NCBI GenBank assembly: GCA_003614675.1
Contig: ML002369.1
Coordinates: 1-37,059 of the forward strand
Length of the DNA: 37,059 bases
Direction of reading: 5' to 3'
Source: Dimargaris cristalligena
Taxonomy: Eukaryota
Shown here: piece by piece, positions 22,340 to 34,878 of the stretch
How the letters are laid out: every line of letters starts with the position of its first letter
How positions within the stretch are numbered: the first letter of the stretch is position 1
Translations under genes and position numbers: made by a program
The notes under the pieces: generated by a model
What the model saw: the letters and a program-made list of their open reading frames with translations, nothing else
Databases searched by the model: none
What the model was told of the DNA's origin: nothing

Positions 22340-24183
22340 CCATCAGAAGGATAGATAGTACCACACTTATTTAACTACTGGATTCAAAAGGGCTGCCTTG
22401 AAAGAGATGAACTTAGACCCCGGATACCTTGGTTTTATTAACACTCAATCGGCTGTTTAGGACACCATTTAGTCCAACTGGGGCATACAAAAAATGAGCC
22501 ACAGTCTGCTTCTAAGGAAAGGGGGAGGGGGGTAACCAGAGAAAAGTCAGGGATAAATTAAACAGCCCAGAGCAGCCGAAAGATACGCGAATGGAGCAGA
22601 CCCATTAAGGTCAAAGGGAGGGTCTATGATGCTGGTTATAATGGGCTGGGGTCGTAGATGTTGGGCCGGAGGGTCCATGAGGATGGTCGAGTAGAGAGTA
22701 TTAATGTGGTAGTATAGACTGGAGATGGGCCTACGAGATGATGTCTTCTTTGTCAACCCATTAATTACTTTCATTCGATTAAAATTGGGCTTGCCGTAAT
22801 ATTAATATGGGAGAGGTTCAACCAGGCTGTATAACGAAAAATCCGTTGGATGAGGTAAAAATTACTGGTTAAAAATGAATCTCCCGCCTATTTTCTCATA
22901 CACATCATTTAAAACCTTGTACAGCTGGGTCGAATTTCACCCATATGTAACATGTAATATGTAATATCCATTACCTCTCAGTACCTCCACGAACCTGGGT
23001 TGTTTCTAGGGTAGCTAGCCATCTCCATTCTCACTCTGATGAGTAAAGTTGAAGTATAAACTCATCCATAATCTGAAATGGTTGTAGTTGAGCTTGGTGG
23101 TATCGGGTAGACCGGCGCCGCACTTTCCTACCTTCGACCGGAAATATGAAGTCCCACACGTAGTATTGTCACTTCCCATTCCAATGGATTCTATGGTGAA
23201 GAGTCAGCGAATGTCCCGGGTGATAGAACGATATGAGTGAGATGACCAAAAGACATAGCGGAATTACATGGCACAGTATAATACCCCGGAGTCAAAGATA
23301 TCCGTCCCATCCCAATACTGAACACAAGCTCAGTAAAGACGCCAAATCAAAATATATCGGGGGAGGGGTTGCTTGGGCCCATAGTAAGAGGGTTTGGATT
23401 AAGTTATCGACCATATACTACCCCCCCCCCTTGGACGAAGTCGTCGGGAAAATCGAGTGAGGGCCCACCATTGAGGGTTATTGATGAGACGGAGATGATA
23501 GACCCCGTAAGTCCCATTTAATATTAAATCTATATGATTGTAATGCTTCCGATTGACTTCCCTTCCCTCTCTTCCTCTGCCACCTACATCGCTCAGGCAT
23601 CTACTCCCGTAAGCTCAAAGTGAAGAGAGGGGTAGAGGAGACCGAGACACCCATTGGTATGAAGTGGTTTACGAGAGTTGCGTTAGGGGCCCAGGCGACT
23701 CTAGGTAGGGCGATTGTGTTGATTGACTCCGTCGATATAACACATTGTTCCAAAAATAACTACAATGGCCCCACCACGCAATTAGGCTTAGTCGAGAATC
23801 TAAAGGGCGGAGAGAGTAGCCGCCCGAGGCACTAGGTCAACCATCGAGCTTATAGACGGTGGTCTCCTAATTGAAGTGAGGTAGTAGGATCGGTAAAAAC
23901 CCACGGTGCACTGCCCTCCCCCTAATAATTGGTTTGAATGAACAAGGTATACAACCATTGCCTGAAACCCTGCCCTATTCTCTAAATATATAAATACCGT
24001 CGACTTCCATCTAGTTGCTTTCACTCCATCAGCCACATTGATTACATTGATTCCATTCTCCCATTCCCTTTCAAACACCTCTGTTCCATTTCTCCATTAT
24101 ACTGTACGTAGTTTACAAACGGCCAACATTTCCGCGCCTACCGACTTTGTGACCTCCCCTCTCACACTTTCAGTCTCATCAGT

Positions 24184-24561
24184 ATGCATTTTACCATTCT
24201 TGCTCTCGTTATACTGGCCGCTATTTCTCCGGCCCTCTCTCACTCGCTTGAAAGTCATGGCCATCGTGCTCTCCTTAGCCAGCATCTTGTGCGTCGCGCA
24301 GTCGAAAAGGATAGAGCGACTAACGGAACTTCTATTACACAACGCAAGTTAAAGCTAGCCAAAAGTGCGAACAAACCAACTACGAAAACCCCCGTAAATA
24401 TCAATACTAAGGAAGACAAGATTGTTGGTATCTCCAATAAAAAAGAGGGCCGGGTCAGTGTCGATACCAAACCAATCCCGTTGAAAGAGGCCAAGATGAG
24501 GGTGGGCGCTAAAATCGGTGACCCTATTCAAAAAGCCAACCTGGCAGCTTCCAAAAAATAG
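24184..24561 (+). CDS. Small secreted, Lys-rich protein of unknown family
   Basis: Signal peptide MHFTILALVILAAISPALS; TATATAAA at 23987-23994; plausible 5'UTR intron GTACGT...TTTCAG (24104-24173); no domain recognised. Confidence 0.62.
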   Translation: MHFTILALVILAAISPALSHSLESHGHRALLSQHLVRRAVEKDRATNGTSITQRKLKLAKSANKPTTKTPVNINTKEDKIVGISNKKEGRVSVDTKPIPLKEAKMRVGAKIGDPIQKANLAASKK

Positions 24562-27184
24562 GACAGTTAAAACGAATCAACTCCAGCGGGTCACGCCTGA
24601 CCGACCGAATCCATCGGTTGACTACGCCACTATTCCAACACCCATCAATGCTGACATCGCACTGCATTATCCACCGTTTGACCCCCCGTTTATTGACCAC
24701 TTTGGTTACGCCATTTCTATCTTCTCCCTATCTGATTTGACATTTCTCGTGTGTGGACCCAATAGATACATGTTCTTTTGCCCATTCTCCCCATACTGAA
24801 TTATGCCGACTTGGGTCATTATTAAACGGTCGACCAAAGTGCCTGCTTTAGTATTGAGATTTACCTCATGTTCCAATATGAGCCAACCCGGCTTATATAG
24901 TCTAGGACCCCAGTGCAGCACTCTATATTAGCATTGATATTAGTAGTATTTTTCGATTCATCTAATGGTATTTACCGATTACCTTGTATTTTAGACGGAA
25001 CGTCTTGCATCGGTACTGGTACGGTAAGAGTTCAAGGTAGTGTGGACTTCAGCGACGATGGACACTCTGGCAAATGAAGATTTAGGATAGAAATAATAGC
25101 AAGTTGGTGCACTTTGTGTCTTATGCATTAATGTTCTTAGTGTTGGAATTGCAAATCGAAAAGGAAACGCCAGGCCTTCCTAATGCAACTTAAAAGAATA
25201 TTAGAAGTGAGAGTATGAGCAATAAGTGGCAAAGTTAGGCGCCCGCGATCGGCTTTATTAAATTAGATGATATATATACACAATATAAATTGATATCTGG
25301 AGAACGGGGCGATTGGCCAAATATATAGGACAGGCGGGACGAGAAAAATGAATTCCAAACAGAACCATGGACTTGTAGACAGTATAGCCGACACCTAGTC
25401 CATTACCTACATTGGTCGGAACATAGTGTGACACCCCTACTTGGTATTGTTTATAGGGCATAGGTTAGGTGCAGAAGTTTAGAGGCGTGGATGAAATTTA
25501 AATAGATGACATGTAGGTGTGTTATAATAATCCAGATGGGCCCGGCACAAAAAATGGACTTAAGTGCAAGTTGGATGAAATTTGTCTGTATAGAGTTACT
25601 TGAATAACTTATACGGGTCTTACTTTTATATACAGATAAAGGCGAATTTGAAATACCCGAAATGCACCCAGAGATGTCCTATAAGGTCACTACTCTTTAT
25701 ATGTATTATAGAAGAAGCTCAGTTAGATATAGTTAAATGTTGCATCTGCGAAGTTAAGAAATGCCCAGACAGGCTCAGTATACATATCTATCTATTTATC
25801 TATATAGATAGCTAGATTATGCTAAATTCAGGCCGGACCTTCTAGCTTAAAAGCGTGGGCTTGGTCAGAAGAAACAGGACATGATTAGCGGTGGACTATA
25901 ACTGATTTAATCCGCGAAATAAAATTTACGTGTGGAGATTGGTAGGCCAACTAGTACTAGGAACTGCCCAGAGTGCCCTGGGGCGCCAGATGGCCCGAAC
26001 GCACTAGAGCGCGAGCCCCTGCGGGTCTCTTCTTATTGCGAGTTTAAAAGACATAGTAGGGGAAACGGGCCAGCTGAGAAGAAAGGGAGGCCTCATCCAT
26101 TCGGGAATGTTCTTGCGAAACCATGGGATGGTATTCGTCCATTTTCGCTCTCCGTGACTACCACCAGCATTTTCCTTTGGGCTGAGGACAACAGTTAAAC
26201 GTTGCGGCAATGCGGGCGGCCCAACGATGTACAGTGTGCGACGGATAATACCACACGTACGACCCGTTCGAAAGGGGCCCAAAATAAAACAATAAAAATA
26301 GGTACGGCCACCTACCTAGTCTAATATCTAGCCCGACGGGGAGGAGTCCGTCAGAGCCATACGGGCACGTGTAGGGCAGGCTCTCGATTATCTACAGCTT
26401 AAAGGTGTGCTACCCAACCTGTGGTCGCACTCGTACCGCCTGTGCAGCGCGACAGGTGCAACAGTTCGATTTTTTCTTCTCTTCGTCTACTCGCCCCCTC
26501 CTAGTCGTTCCTGCTTTTACTGCTTTTTTTTTGTACTTGTGCGGACAACCCCCGCCGTCCGCCGTTAGGCAGGCCCTACCAGCAGTGGAGCACAGCCCCA
26601 GTGGTCCACCGTATGACTCCGCCCAGCTTTCCCTCCCCCTCCACCGGATATTCTTTAGCCCCGCCCTCTTTCCCTGTGTGCGCCCATCGTCACTCCCTCA
26701 GGGCTGGGCGATATTGGATGTTTTGGGCACACGTATACCGCTTGTGCTCCGTTAGGGTGATACTCCAGCCAGCCTAAGAGTAACCTATCTTAGGCTGTGC
26801 CCACTCATCTTAACCCGTCCGACTATGTCCCCTCTCGCCCTGTACTCACCCCTGCTCATCCTTTGTGCTGCCTGCGCGCCTTGGTAGATGTTACTGCGTT
26901 TTACCTATGCATCACACACACCCGCTCGATACGAGTGCCCCGCTGTCTTTATATAAACCCCGAACGTGCGCTCCTAATTGTGAAGGCAGACAGCCTGAGG
27001 TAGAGCGCTTAATGAGTATCTCTGTATGATCTCCCCCCTCCCCTTTATTTCATAGTTCCCCTTTCACACAATTATATATCCTTTCGTTTACGACATTGCA
27101 TACCCCAACCCCCAAGGTTTGTCATAAACTTATAGATTAACACTCCTCTTTATATCGCACATTTTATTACATCGCCGATTAACT

Positions 27185-30100
27185 ATGCGTTTCTCCGAAT
27201 ATCTGGCAGCCGAGGCGGTGCCCGAATGGCATCGCAAGTACATCAATTATGAAGCCCTACTTAAGGCCCTCAACGAAATTCCCCGAGTACACGGCAGCCA
27301 TCTATCCATGAATCTGTCGGCCTTGATGGGTAAGCATAGGCACCGCCGGCGTCCTTCCAACGTATCGGCCCAAAGCATTGGCTCATCGGCGGGCCACATG
27401 CCTGGCCTTATTCCTGCCGGTCATAATCTACGGGGCGGGCGCCACGACCAGGCCCGTACCTCCATCGCCCTGTCCGTCCACACACCCACGGAGGCCAATT
27501 TCCCGGGATATATGGGCAGTCGGCGTCCTTCGGCGGTGAGTGCTCAGGTCACCCGGGGCATGCCCAATCGAGTTTCATTTCAAGAGCCTGCCCCCAGCAA
27601 CCCCGGTGAGGGATTACATACTCCCCCTAATTTCCATTCGCGCCGTCGGTCGTCCATTAACCCTCCTCCCATGGCGGCGAACACTTGGCGCCCCGAACCT
27701 GGCGATTCCGACCCAACTCTGCGCCAGAGTCCGTTGAACCCCCAGCTACTACACCCATCCCCGCAAATACCCGAACGACAGCTCTATAGCTCTGCCCCGG
27801 ATGTGCGATTGGAGGGGTACGAAGGCCAAGCTCCGTTCGACCCGTTCACCATCCACCAACAGCTGGAGCGGCGGGGTCCCGAGGAACGCTCCTTTTTTAC
27901 CCTGTTCGAAAAGGAACTCCAGAAGGTTTCCGATTTTTATAATGGTAAGTATACTATGAAGTATCTGAAGCCAGCAAATAACCCTCAGGGCTGTAGAGTG
28001 ACTGACCTTTGCTTATTTTAATATAGAACATGGTATCACAATCACATCATACAAAAACTCACCATCGAAACCCTTGTTATTATATTACCCTCTACGGAAC
28101 CCAGAACTGGAAACAAAACTCCAAACTCGGTTTAGTAAACTAAATGAGCAATGCGAACACCACCAGCAAATGCGACGAAACCTAAATCGTCGCTCTTCAC
28201 TACGCGCCGAGGTAGCCAAGCCCGTGCAAAAGTTTGTCACTGGTCTATTACCCGGCCGGCTTGGGGGTAGCAAATCGACCCCGAGCCAGAGTGCACGCAC
28301 TTACCGGGATGTCGGCGGGCCCAAGACCCCGCGGCCTAGCCTAGCCGACTCGCCTTCGGGGGGCTGGTCGAACCGTCGGGATTCTATGGACCCGTCCCAA
28401 CTACTGGACTTCAAGTACCGCTCGTCCAAGTCGAAACTAAAAAAAGCGACCTTGGAACTGTACCGAGGCATTGAATTGGCCCAGAATTACCGGATTTTGA
28501 ATTATACGGGGTTTATCAAGCTTCTCCAAAAATACGAACGGTTCGGTACTTGGACCGACGGTGTGCAGTTTTACCTCTTTACGGTGGAGAACCACCAGTT
28601 CATTCGGTCTGCTTCTTTGGACACCATGTACAAGGACGTTGAGGTATGTATTCAATGTAGTGTAACTTATAATCGCAACCATCGCATTGGTTGGTTTGGG
28701 TGCTTATCAAGCCATATCGCCGTGAACAAGACGGACCCAGCAATTAGGTAGCCGGTACCCCCCTGGGTTAACCTATCAATAGCCTACACCCTAACTAAAA
28801 GAAAATGTCTCTAATTTATACATACCTCCCTCCACACCATTATAGAATCTTTACATTACCAACTTCGCCGGTGGGTCCCGCAAAAAGGGACTGCGAAAGC
28901 TACATATTCCCGATAGTCGGTTTAGTGTAAGTAGATAGTACCATCCGGCCTTTTGAAAATCTGGCACGGCCGGCTCTGGAATGCGACTGCAATCGAATTA
29001 GGTATAATCGGTATTAATAACTCATACATGTTTTTTTATTGGTATTTTTCTGTATATTACCTTGGTTCTATTATCCAGACCTTCCACAGTTCGGCAGTTC
29101 GGTGCGGTATCTTTGGTGGCATGACGCTGCCAATGCTCGTTTACTTGATTTGGATGCGTAAGTTTCAACCCTTCAAGCAATGCTGATATTAGCCGTAGTA
29201 CCTTAAGTGTCCTCCGAAACCCCGACGTTTACATTAATAGATATGTATGGCTCAATGAAATAACTAACGCATTCATTTCCGATATACCTTTATTATGCCA
29301 ATACATTATATGAAATACTATCCGGCCATGCTCAATTCCGCCTTTTTCCAACCCTTGCAGTCCAAGTTCCGGAAGTGTGGATTGTGATCCCCTACCTCAC
29401 ATATATACTTAAGATCTTCAGCGGTGTCTACCTAGTCAACGCTCTACTGATTCTTATCGGTCTCGACATGTACATATGGGGCCGTAACCGCATCAACTAC
29501 AAGTTCATCTACGGTTTCAACCCACGGGACAACTTGAGTAATATCGAGTACCTCGAAATCCCGCTCTTCCTCTTCTTCCTTACCACGTTGTTCATGTGCA
29601 TCACCATCACCAACCCCTTCTATCCCACCATTAGCAGCTATCTCTTCCCAGGCATCTTAATTTTGCTCACCATTTTCATCTTCGTGCTGCCCCTCAAGCT
29701 ATTCCACTTTTCGGCTCGCCTGTGGTTCATGAATAACGTACGTCGACTGCTGTTAACCCCCCTACTCACGGTAAAGTTTAAGGACTTTTTTCTGGCGGAC
29801 CAGCTGAATAGCTTAACGTACAGCATCGGGGCCATGCACCTGGCGGGCTGCGCCTACGCCGAACATTGGGATAACCTATCGACCAAGTGTAATGTCTCGC
29901 ATACTTGGGTCTACCCCGCCGTGACCATGATGCCGTCCATGTGGCGGTGCCTCCAATGCCTCCGACGCGGTTTTTTGGCCGGCAATCCTAAACGGAATTT
30001 TTCCAACGCCCTCAAGTACTTCTTGGCAGCCCTGGTGCACTGGCTAGCCGCTTTGTACCGGATTCACCCTAGCCGAGCGACGCAGGTCAGCTGGCTGGTC

Positions 30101-30950
30101 ATTGCCTTTACCTCCACCACGTATTCGTACATTTGGGACGTATTCATGGACTGGAGTATGTTCGAGATGGAAAATGGACGGCCCCGACTTCGTAAAGAAC
30201 GCAAGTATTCTTGGACTTGGGTAAGTACCATCGAAGACTTACCTACCACTCTGTGTTTAAACGGCCTTGTGGTGATATGATTTCTTAAAGTCCAATAAGT
30301 TCCCCGCTAACCAGGATGCCTATATTCAATTATTCCACCACCCCCCTTCCCAATATTAGGCCTACTGGTTTGCCATCTTTACTAATTTTATCCTTCGGTA
30401 CGGCTGGGTCTCGTCGCTGACCCCCACGTACTTCTTCCTTCCCGACCGCAATCACTACGATCTCGTCGCCTTTATCACCGCATTCACCGACGTTTACCGC
30501 CGGTTCCAGTGGAACATCTTCCGCATGGAGAATGAACACGTCAACAACTGCGGTCAGTTCCGAGCCACCAAGGATATACCGCTCCCCTATGACTTACCCC
30601 CTAACCACCAGCGGGACCCCGGCCTTGACACCCAAGACAGCGACTTGAGCGGGTATACGGATTATGTGAATGTTTTCCATACCCGGCCCAATACTCCCAA
30701 TGGCGATAAGTCGGGGTCACCTAACGTGAACTGGACGATGGCACCGATGTTAGTCGAGAATGACAGTATCTCTCCGATCAAGGAGGCCAAAGACGGGGAG
30801 GTCCGGGACTACCACGAGTGGGCCACGGATGAGATTCACCACCGACCCGAGAGCCCAGCCGACTCCTTCACGGAAACGGTGGGTGGGCCTTCCCCTAAAC
30901 TAATCGCTAAACGGCCCAATAGCGTGGTCATTATCGTTCCCGAAAAATAA
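27185..30950 (+). CDS. SYG1: SPX-EXS domain phosphate exporter/signalling protein (Syg1/XPR1/PHO1 family)
   Basis: Exons 27185-27944, 28105-28643, 28846-28926, 29079-29157, 29361-30220, 30360-30950 all in frame with GT-AG. SPX: PEW..KYINY, FF..FEKELQKVSDFY, LNYTGFIK. EXS: INYKFIYGF, DFFLADQLNSL, RCLQCLRR, NALKY, WDVFMDW, RRFQWNIFRMENEHVNNCGQFRA. Confidence 0.95.
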
Positions 30951-31255
30951 TCCGTTGGCTCAGGCTTCCCTGAATATCCCGAAAGGAATTCCGCCGCGGA
31001 AGACTTAGTCGTTGATTCTGAATCGCAGTGGATTGGCCGACTGATCGGGCTTTTTTTACTACTTTAATAATGTTTGTGTATGTGTACATATAATAAGTAA
31101 TGTCAAGATGTTTAGACTGTAAAGAATGCGAAATAATATTTATACATATAATATATATATACCAATGGCACTGTACATAAAAAATACTCTATAGATATCG
31201 GTAAATATATTACTGGGTCTATTTTTGGGTAAATACTTTTCTTATTATGTCCAGT

Positions 31256-32272
31256 CTAGAGCTGGAAACGGCCTGTTAAAATAGTGACAGCCGAACCCGA
31301 AACCTGGAGGTAGTCACTGGTCCCGGGATTCAGAAGGGTATAAACCCTGCCCTTGCGCACTTTACCCTGAGTGAAAATTAATTCATGTTTGCCCAGGATT
31401 TTACTCCAATACGGGGCCACGGAAGTATAGGCCGACCCCGTGGCGGGATCCTCGTAGACCCCCACCCAAGGGGCGAAGACCCGCACCAACCCGTGGGTAC
31501 TGGGGTCCAACGGATCACTGGGATCGGTCGTCACAATCAAACTGGCGAGTTTACACGCGTGGCCCAGGGCCAGAACGGCGGGGGGGAATACGGGGTTCAG
31601 GTGGTCGAGGGTCGCCGGTCCACCCTGGATATGGACCAACAGATTGTGGTTTCTCGGGCCATATAGAACCGTGAGAATCTTCGGCGGGGCGGTCACCGTC
31701 GTCGGGGAAGGGTGTATGAACACCAGATCCACAATCTGGCGCAGTTGGGCCCGCCGTTCCGACGGTACCGACTGCAGAGCGGGGTCTTCATTCGTTTCGT
31801 CATCGGGTGCCGTGGAGGACAGACCCAAGTTCAGGGGCGCGTCGGTGGGGAGTAAGAGGGCCAGTCGGTCCGCGCGTGGTTGGGGGTCTTTGGTGACCCG
31901 CAATAACCCGCTCAGGCTCTCAAAGTGTAGCTCGTCGTGGGTGTTGTCCATTTCGTTGAACAGAACGTGGGCGGCGGCCAACGTACCGTGCCCACATAGG
32001 CGCACCTCAGTGGTGGGAGTAAACCACCGTAGAGAGTAGTGCCGTTGGGTACGGTACTCGGCCTGGCCGTCATTGGTAATGTGTACCCCGGGGGCTAGGA
32101 GGCATTGGACAAAGGCGGTTTCGGTTTGGTTCATTTCGGCGGCAATGCGGTAGAAGGTAGCCTCGTCCAGCTGGAGGTTGACGGGAACTAGACAGACGGC
32201 GGCCGCATTACCGGTGAAGGGCCGCTGGTCATTGGAAAAGGCGTCTACGATGAATATCTTGAGACTGGCCAT
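31256..32272 (-). CDS. PhzF/PBLD-family (diaminopimelate-epimerase-like fold) isomerase
   Basis: VDAF...FTGNAAAVC, IAAEMNQTETAF, LRWFTPTTEVRLCGHGTLAAAH, RVFAPWVGVYEDPATGSA; intronless. Confidence 0.93.
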   Translation of the reverse strand: MASLKIFIVDAFSNDQRPFTGNAAAVCLVPVNLQLDEATFYRIAAEMNQTETAFVQCLLAPGVHITNDGQAEYRTQRHYSLRWFTPTTEVRLCGHGTLAAAHVLFNEMDNTHDELHFESLSGLLRVTKDPQPRADRLALLLPTDAPLNLGLSSTAPDDETNEDPALQSVPSERRAQLRQIVDLVFIHPSPTTVTAPPKILTVLYGPRNHNLLVHIQGGPATLDHLNPVFPPAVLALGHACKLASLIVTTDPSDPLDPSTHGLVRVFAPWVGVYEDPATGSAYTSVAPYWSKILGKHELIFTQGKVRKGRVYTLLNPGTSDYLQVSGSAVTILTGRFQL

Positions 32273-33210
32273 GTTTAAGGTTGCGGGTATAATGAAATAA
32301 TGGGGGATCGAGATATTGGGATAAAGGAAAGGCGGGAGTGGAGTACAGGTAGATGGTTGAAGGATGACTGGTGGAGCTAAGCGGTGGATACAATCTTAAG
32401 GGTGATGAAGGGCGCGGGGTATGAATAATTGAGGATTTCAGGTGAAACCGGGTGGGTTAGGCGGCACCCTTTATACGAATCTGCCCCTGGTTTTAGATGG
32501 CGGAGTTGGGGTTGGCCTGCTACTGGCTCCCCGATTAATGTAAAGAGCTATACGTATGAATGTGAACGAGAGTACTAAATCGCCCCCCCCGTCCCCGTCG
32601 AGTGTACGAGAACAAATATTAAATAGCTTGTCATAATGATGTCACCATAATGATGGTAAAGGTCGTCTCTCCTTATCCTCATTAGATCCAGCGATGGTTC
32701 TCCGCACCAAATACCCCTGGACCCCATTGTGTATCGACGGGTTAAATAGGCACGGTTGGTACCACAAGGACAGGTCAACCAATCGATAATTGGCCGCAGG
32801 CCTATGTCATTAGGAGAAGTCCCAACGATTACCCGATGCCATCTTATACACCATAAGTTCATGAGCCGGAAAGGTGGTGGCTTGTGTACCAAGGGGTAAT
32901 GAAACCAACCAGCTTGCTTCAGCGTACAAAATCCCGATTAAATATTTTCTGCGAAGAGAAACAATACTCTCATGTCTCTCAAATGCCAACGAACCCCCCG
33001 GCATGTTGCTAAATAGCAAATATTGTGATGCAGTTTGGTCTGTTTGGTAGGATGACGGATAATATGATTTATATAAATGATACATTAGGGCCTATTTAGA
33101 ATAGCCGCCGTCGGGAAAACCTCCTGAAAGCTACAAGACAAAGTGGTATCGTCATTTACACACTCTCTTGGTACCTCCATTCCCGCCCTGGCGCTAGTTC
33201 TCCAGGCCCT

Positions 33211-34878
33211 CTACTTGCGCATGGCCACCGAATCATTGAGGGCCACGCTCATAATGGCCTTATTGTGCCCCTCAATGGTGCGGGACAATTCACCGCTCGA
33301 TACTTTCCAGACTCGGAGTTTCTGGTCCGAAGCGGCGGTGACCAAGTATTCCGAGTCATCCGAAAAGGCCAGATCCCACACCCAGCCTTCGTGGCCCATG
33401 AGCACGTGCACCAATTCCACATTGGGGCCATCGAGTTTCCAGATTTTGGCGGATGTGTCAGCCGAGCACGTGGCCAGGTACTGAAGGTTGCGACTGAGGC
33501 AGCACCGAATAGCGTATTTGGTGTGGGCGTCGATTTGGGTGAGTAGTTCCAGACGGGATCGCTGGCGGGGCTCGGGCCAGTGGTAGAGAAAACAGCGGCC
33601 CTTGTTGTTGGTTACGACGAGCAGGGAACAGTCCCGGGCGACAGCCACGGACCGTAAAGGGACCCCCTCCTCGGGCTGGACCTGGCATTCAATCGAATTG
33701 TCGCGTAGGTTGATGAGTTTCAAGAACCCCTTTTGGTCGATTGTGATAAGCATGTCTTGCTCGGGGTGGATTTTGAGATCATTGATGGCGGACTTGTTTT
33801 CAATGGTTCGTCGGAGATTGTTGGTTTTGCTGTTGCGGTGGTCGGGGGGTGAAAGTGAGGGGCAAGGGCAAATGTGAGCGGCGGAAAAGCATGCCCGTGT
33901 AAAGTCGGTGGTTAGGGGGGCAGTGAATTACGGGTGGATAGAAACTACTTCAGAGCTGGTCCCTCTCCTGCCAGAATGCGGGATGTCCTAAACGTATAGA
34001 GTAGACGTACTAATAGATAAGGGCGGCATTATTTCGAAGTTGCCAAGGAAAGGGTGCGTGCAATACTTACGGAAAGTCGTGAATTCGAATAACACCATCT
34101 TCACTAGCCAGCACAATCCACTTCATCTCCCTCTGGAATTCGGCCACCATAATATTACCGCCGGGCTTGTGGTTTTCAATCAATAGGCAGGGATTCTGGT
34201 TCATACCCGCAACTTCGAAGACTTTAGCATTCTGGCTACCGACGGCGACCACGAACCTTTTGTCGGGAGAAATGCACAGTCGGTTGATATGCTAGCGCGG
34301 TAATTTCGATTATACCGGTTAGTTTGGGTGGGGGAGGGGTTGATAAAAGGATAATTAATGGTGAGGTTCTTTTTGTTCAGTTTATGACATTCTGGGAAAG
34401 GGCCACAGTTACCTGCAAGTATACCCTCACTGAAACTAAAGCAGCAGTTTAGCACCGAGGTATTAGTATCAAAGAGTCCACTTACACTTTCGGCAAAGGG
34501 TATGGTCCGAATGCAGGTACCGTGCTGAGCGTCCCAAAACTTGATACAGTGGTCGAAACCTCCGGTCACTAAAACAACGGCACTGGAGTCGGGCTGGCTG
34601 TGGTGTCCGTAGGCCGAGTTAGCTTGGTTGCCCTGGTAAGCCTGAGCTTGTCCCTGGGAGGCACCGTGGCCACCGCCCCCTCCTTGTTGGCCAGCAGTGG
34701 CTTGGTGGTGCCGTCCACCCGTTCCCCGATTGGTATTATAGGCCTGGCCGGCGGCTCCACGGTAACCGCCTCCTGCCTGGGTATGGTTGCCCCCATCGGT
34801 TTTGGGCTGGCCCTTGGCGGCATTCGGGTTGTAATTGTAGGGCGCCCCCTCTCGGACATGCCCGCCGGTGGTATGCAT
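33211..34878 (-). CDS. LST8: LST8/GbetaL-like WD40 subunit of TOR complexes, with G/Q/N-rich N-terminal extension
   Basis: Exons 34878-34486, 34291-34071, 33829-33211 in frame. VVLVTGGFDHCIKFW, HINRLCISPDK, SEDG, IHPEQ, LATCSADTSAKIW, GHEGWVWDLAFS.DS.YLVTAASD, GHNKAIMSVALND follow LST8. Confidence 0.88.

Noticed and set aside
24518-24799. Overlapping ORF after the secreted protein suggesting a frameshift extension at the A6 run
   Set aside because: No canonical slippery heptamer or protein-like continuation; likely 3'UTR
25932-26755. Short ORFs upstream of SYG1
   Set aside because: Non-ATG starts, no recognisable homology; promoter-like sequence
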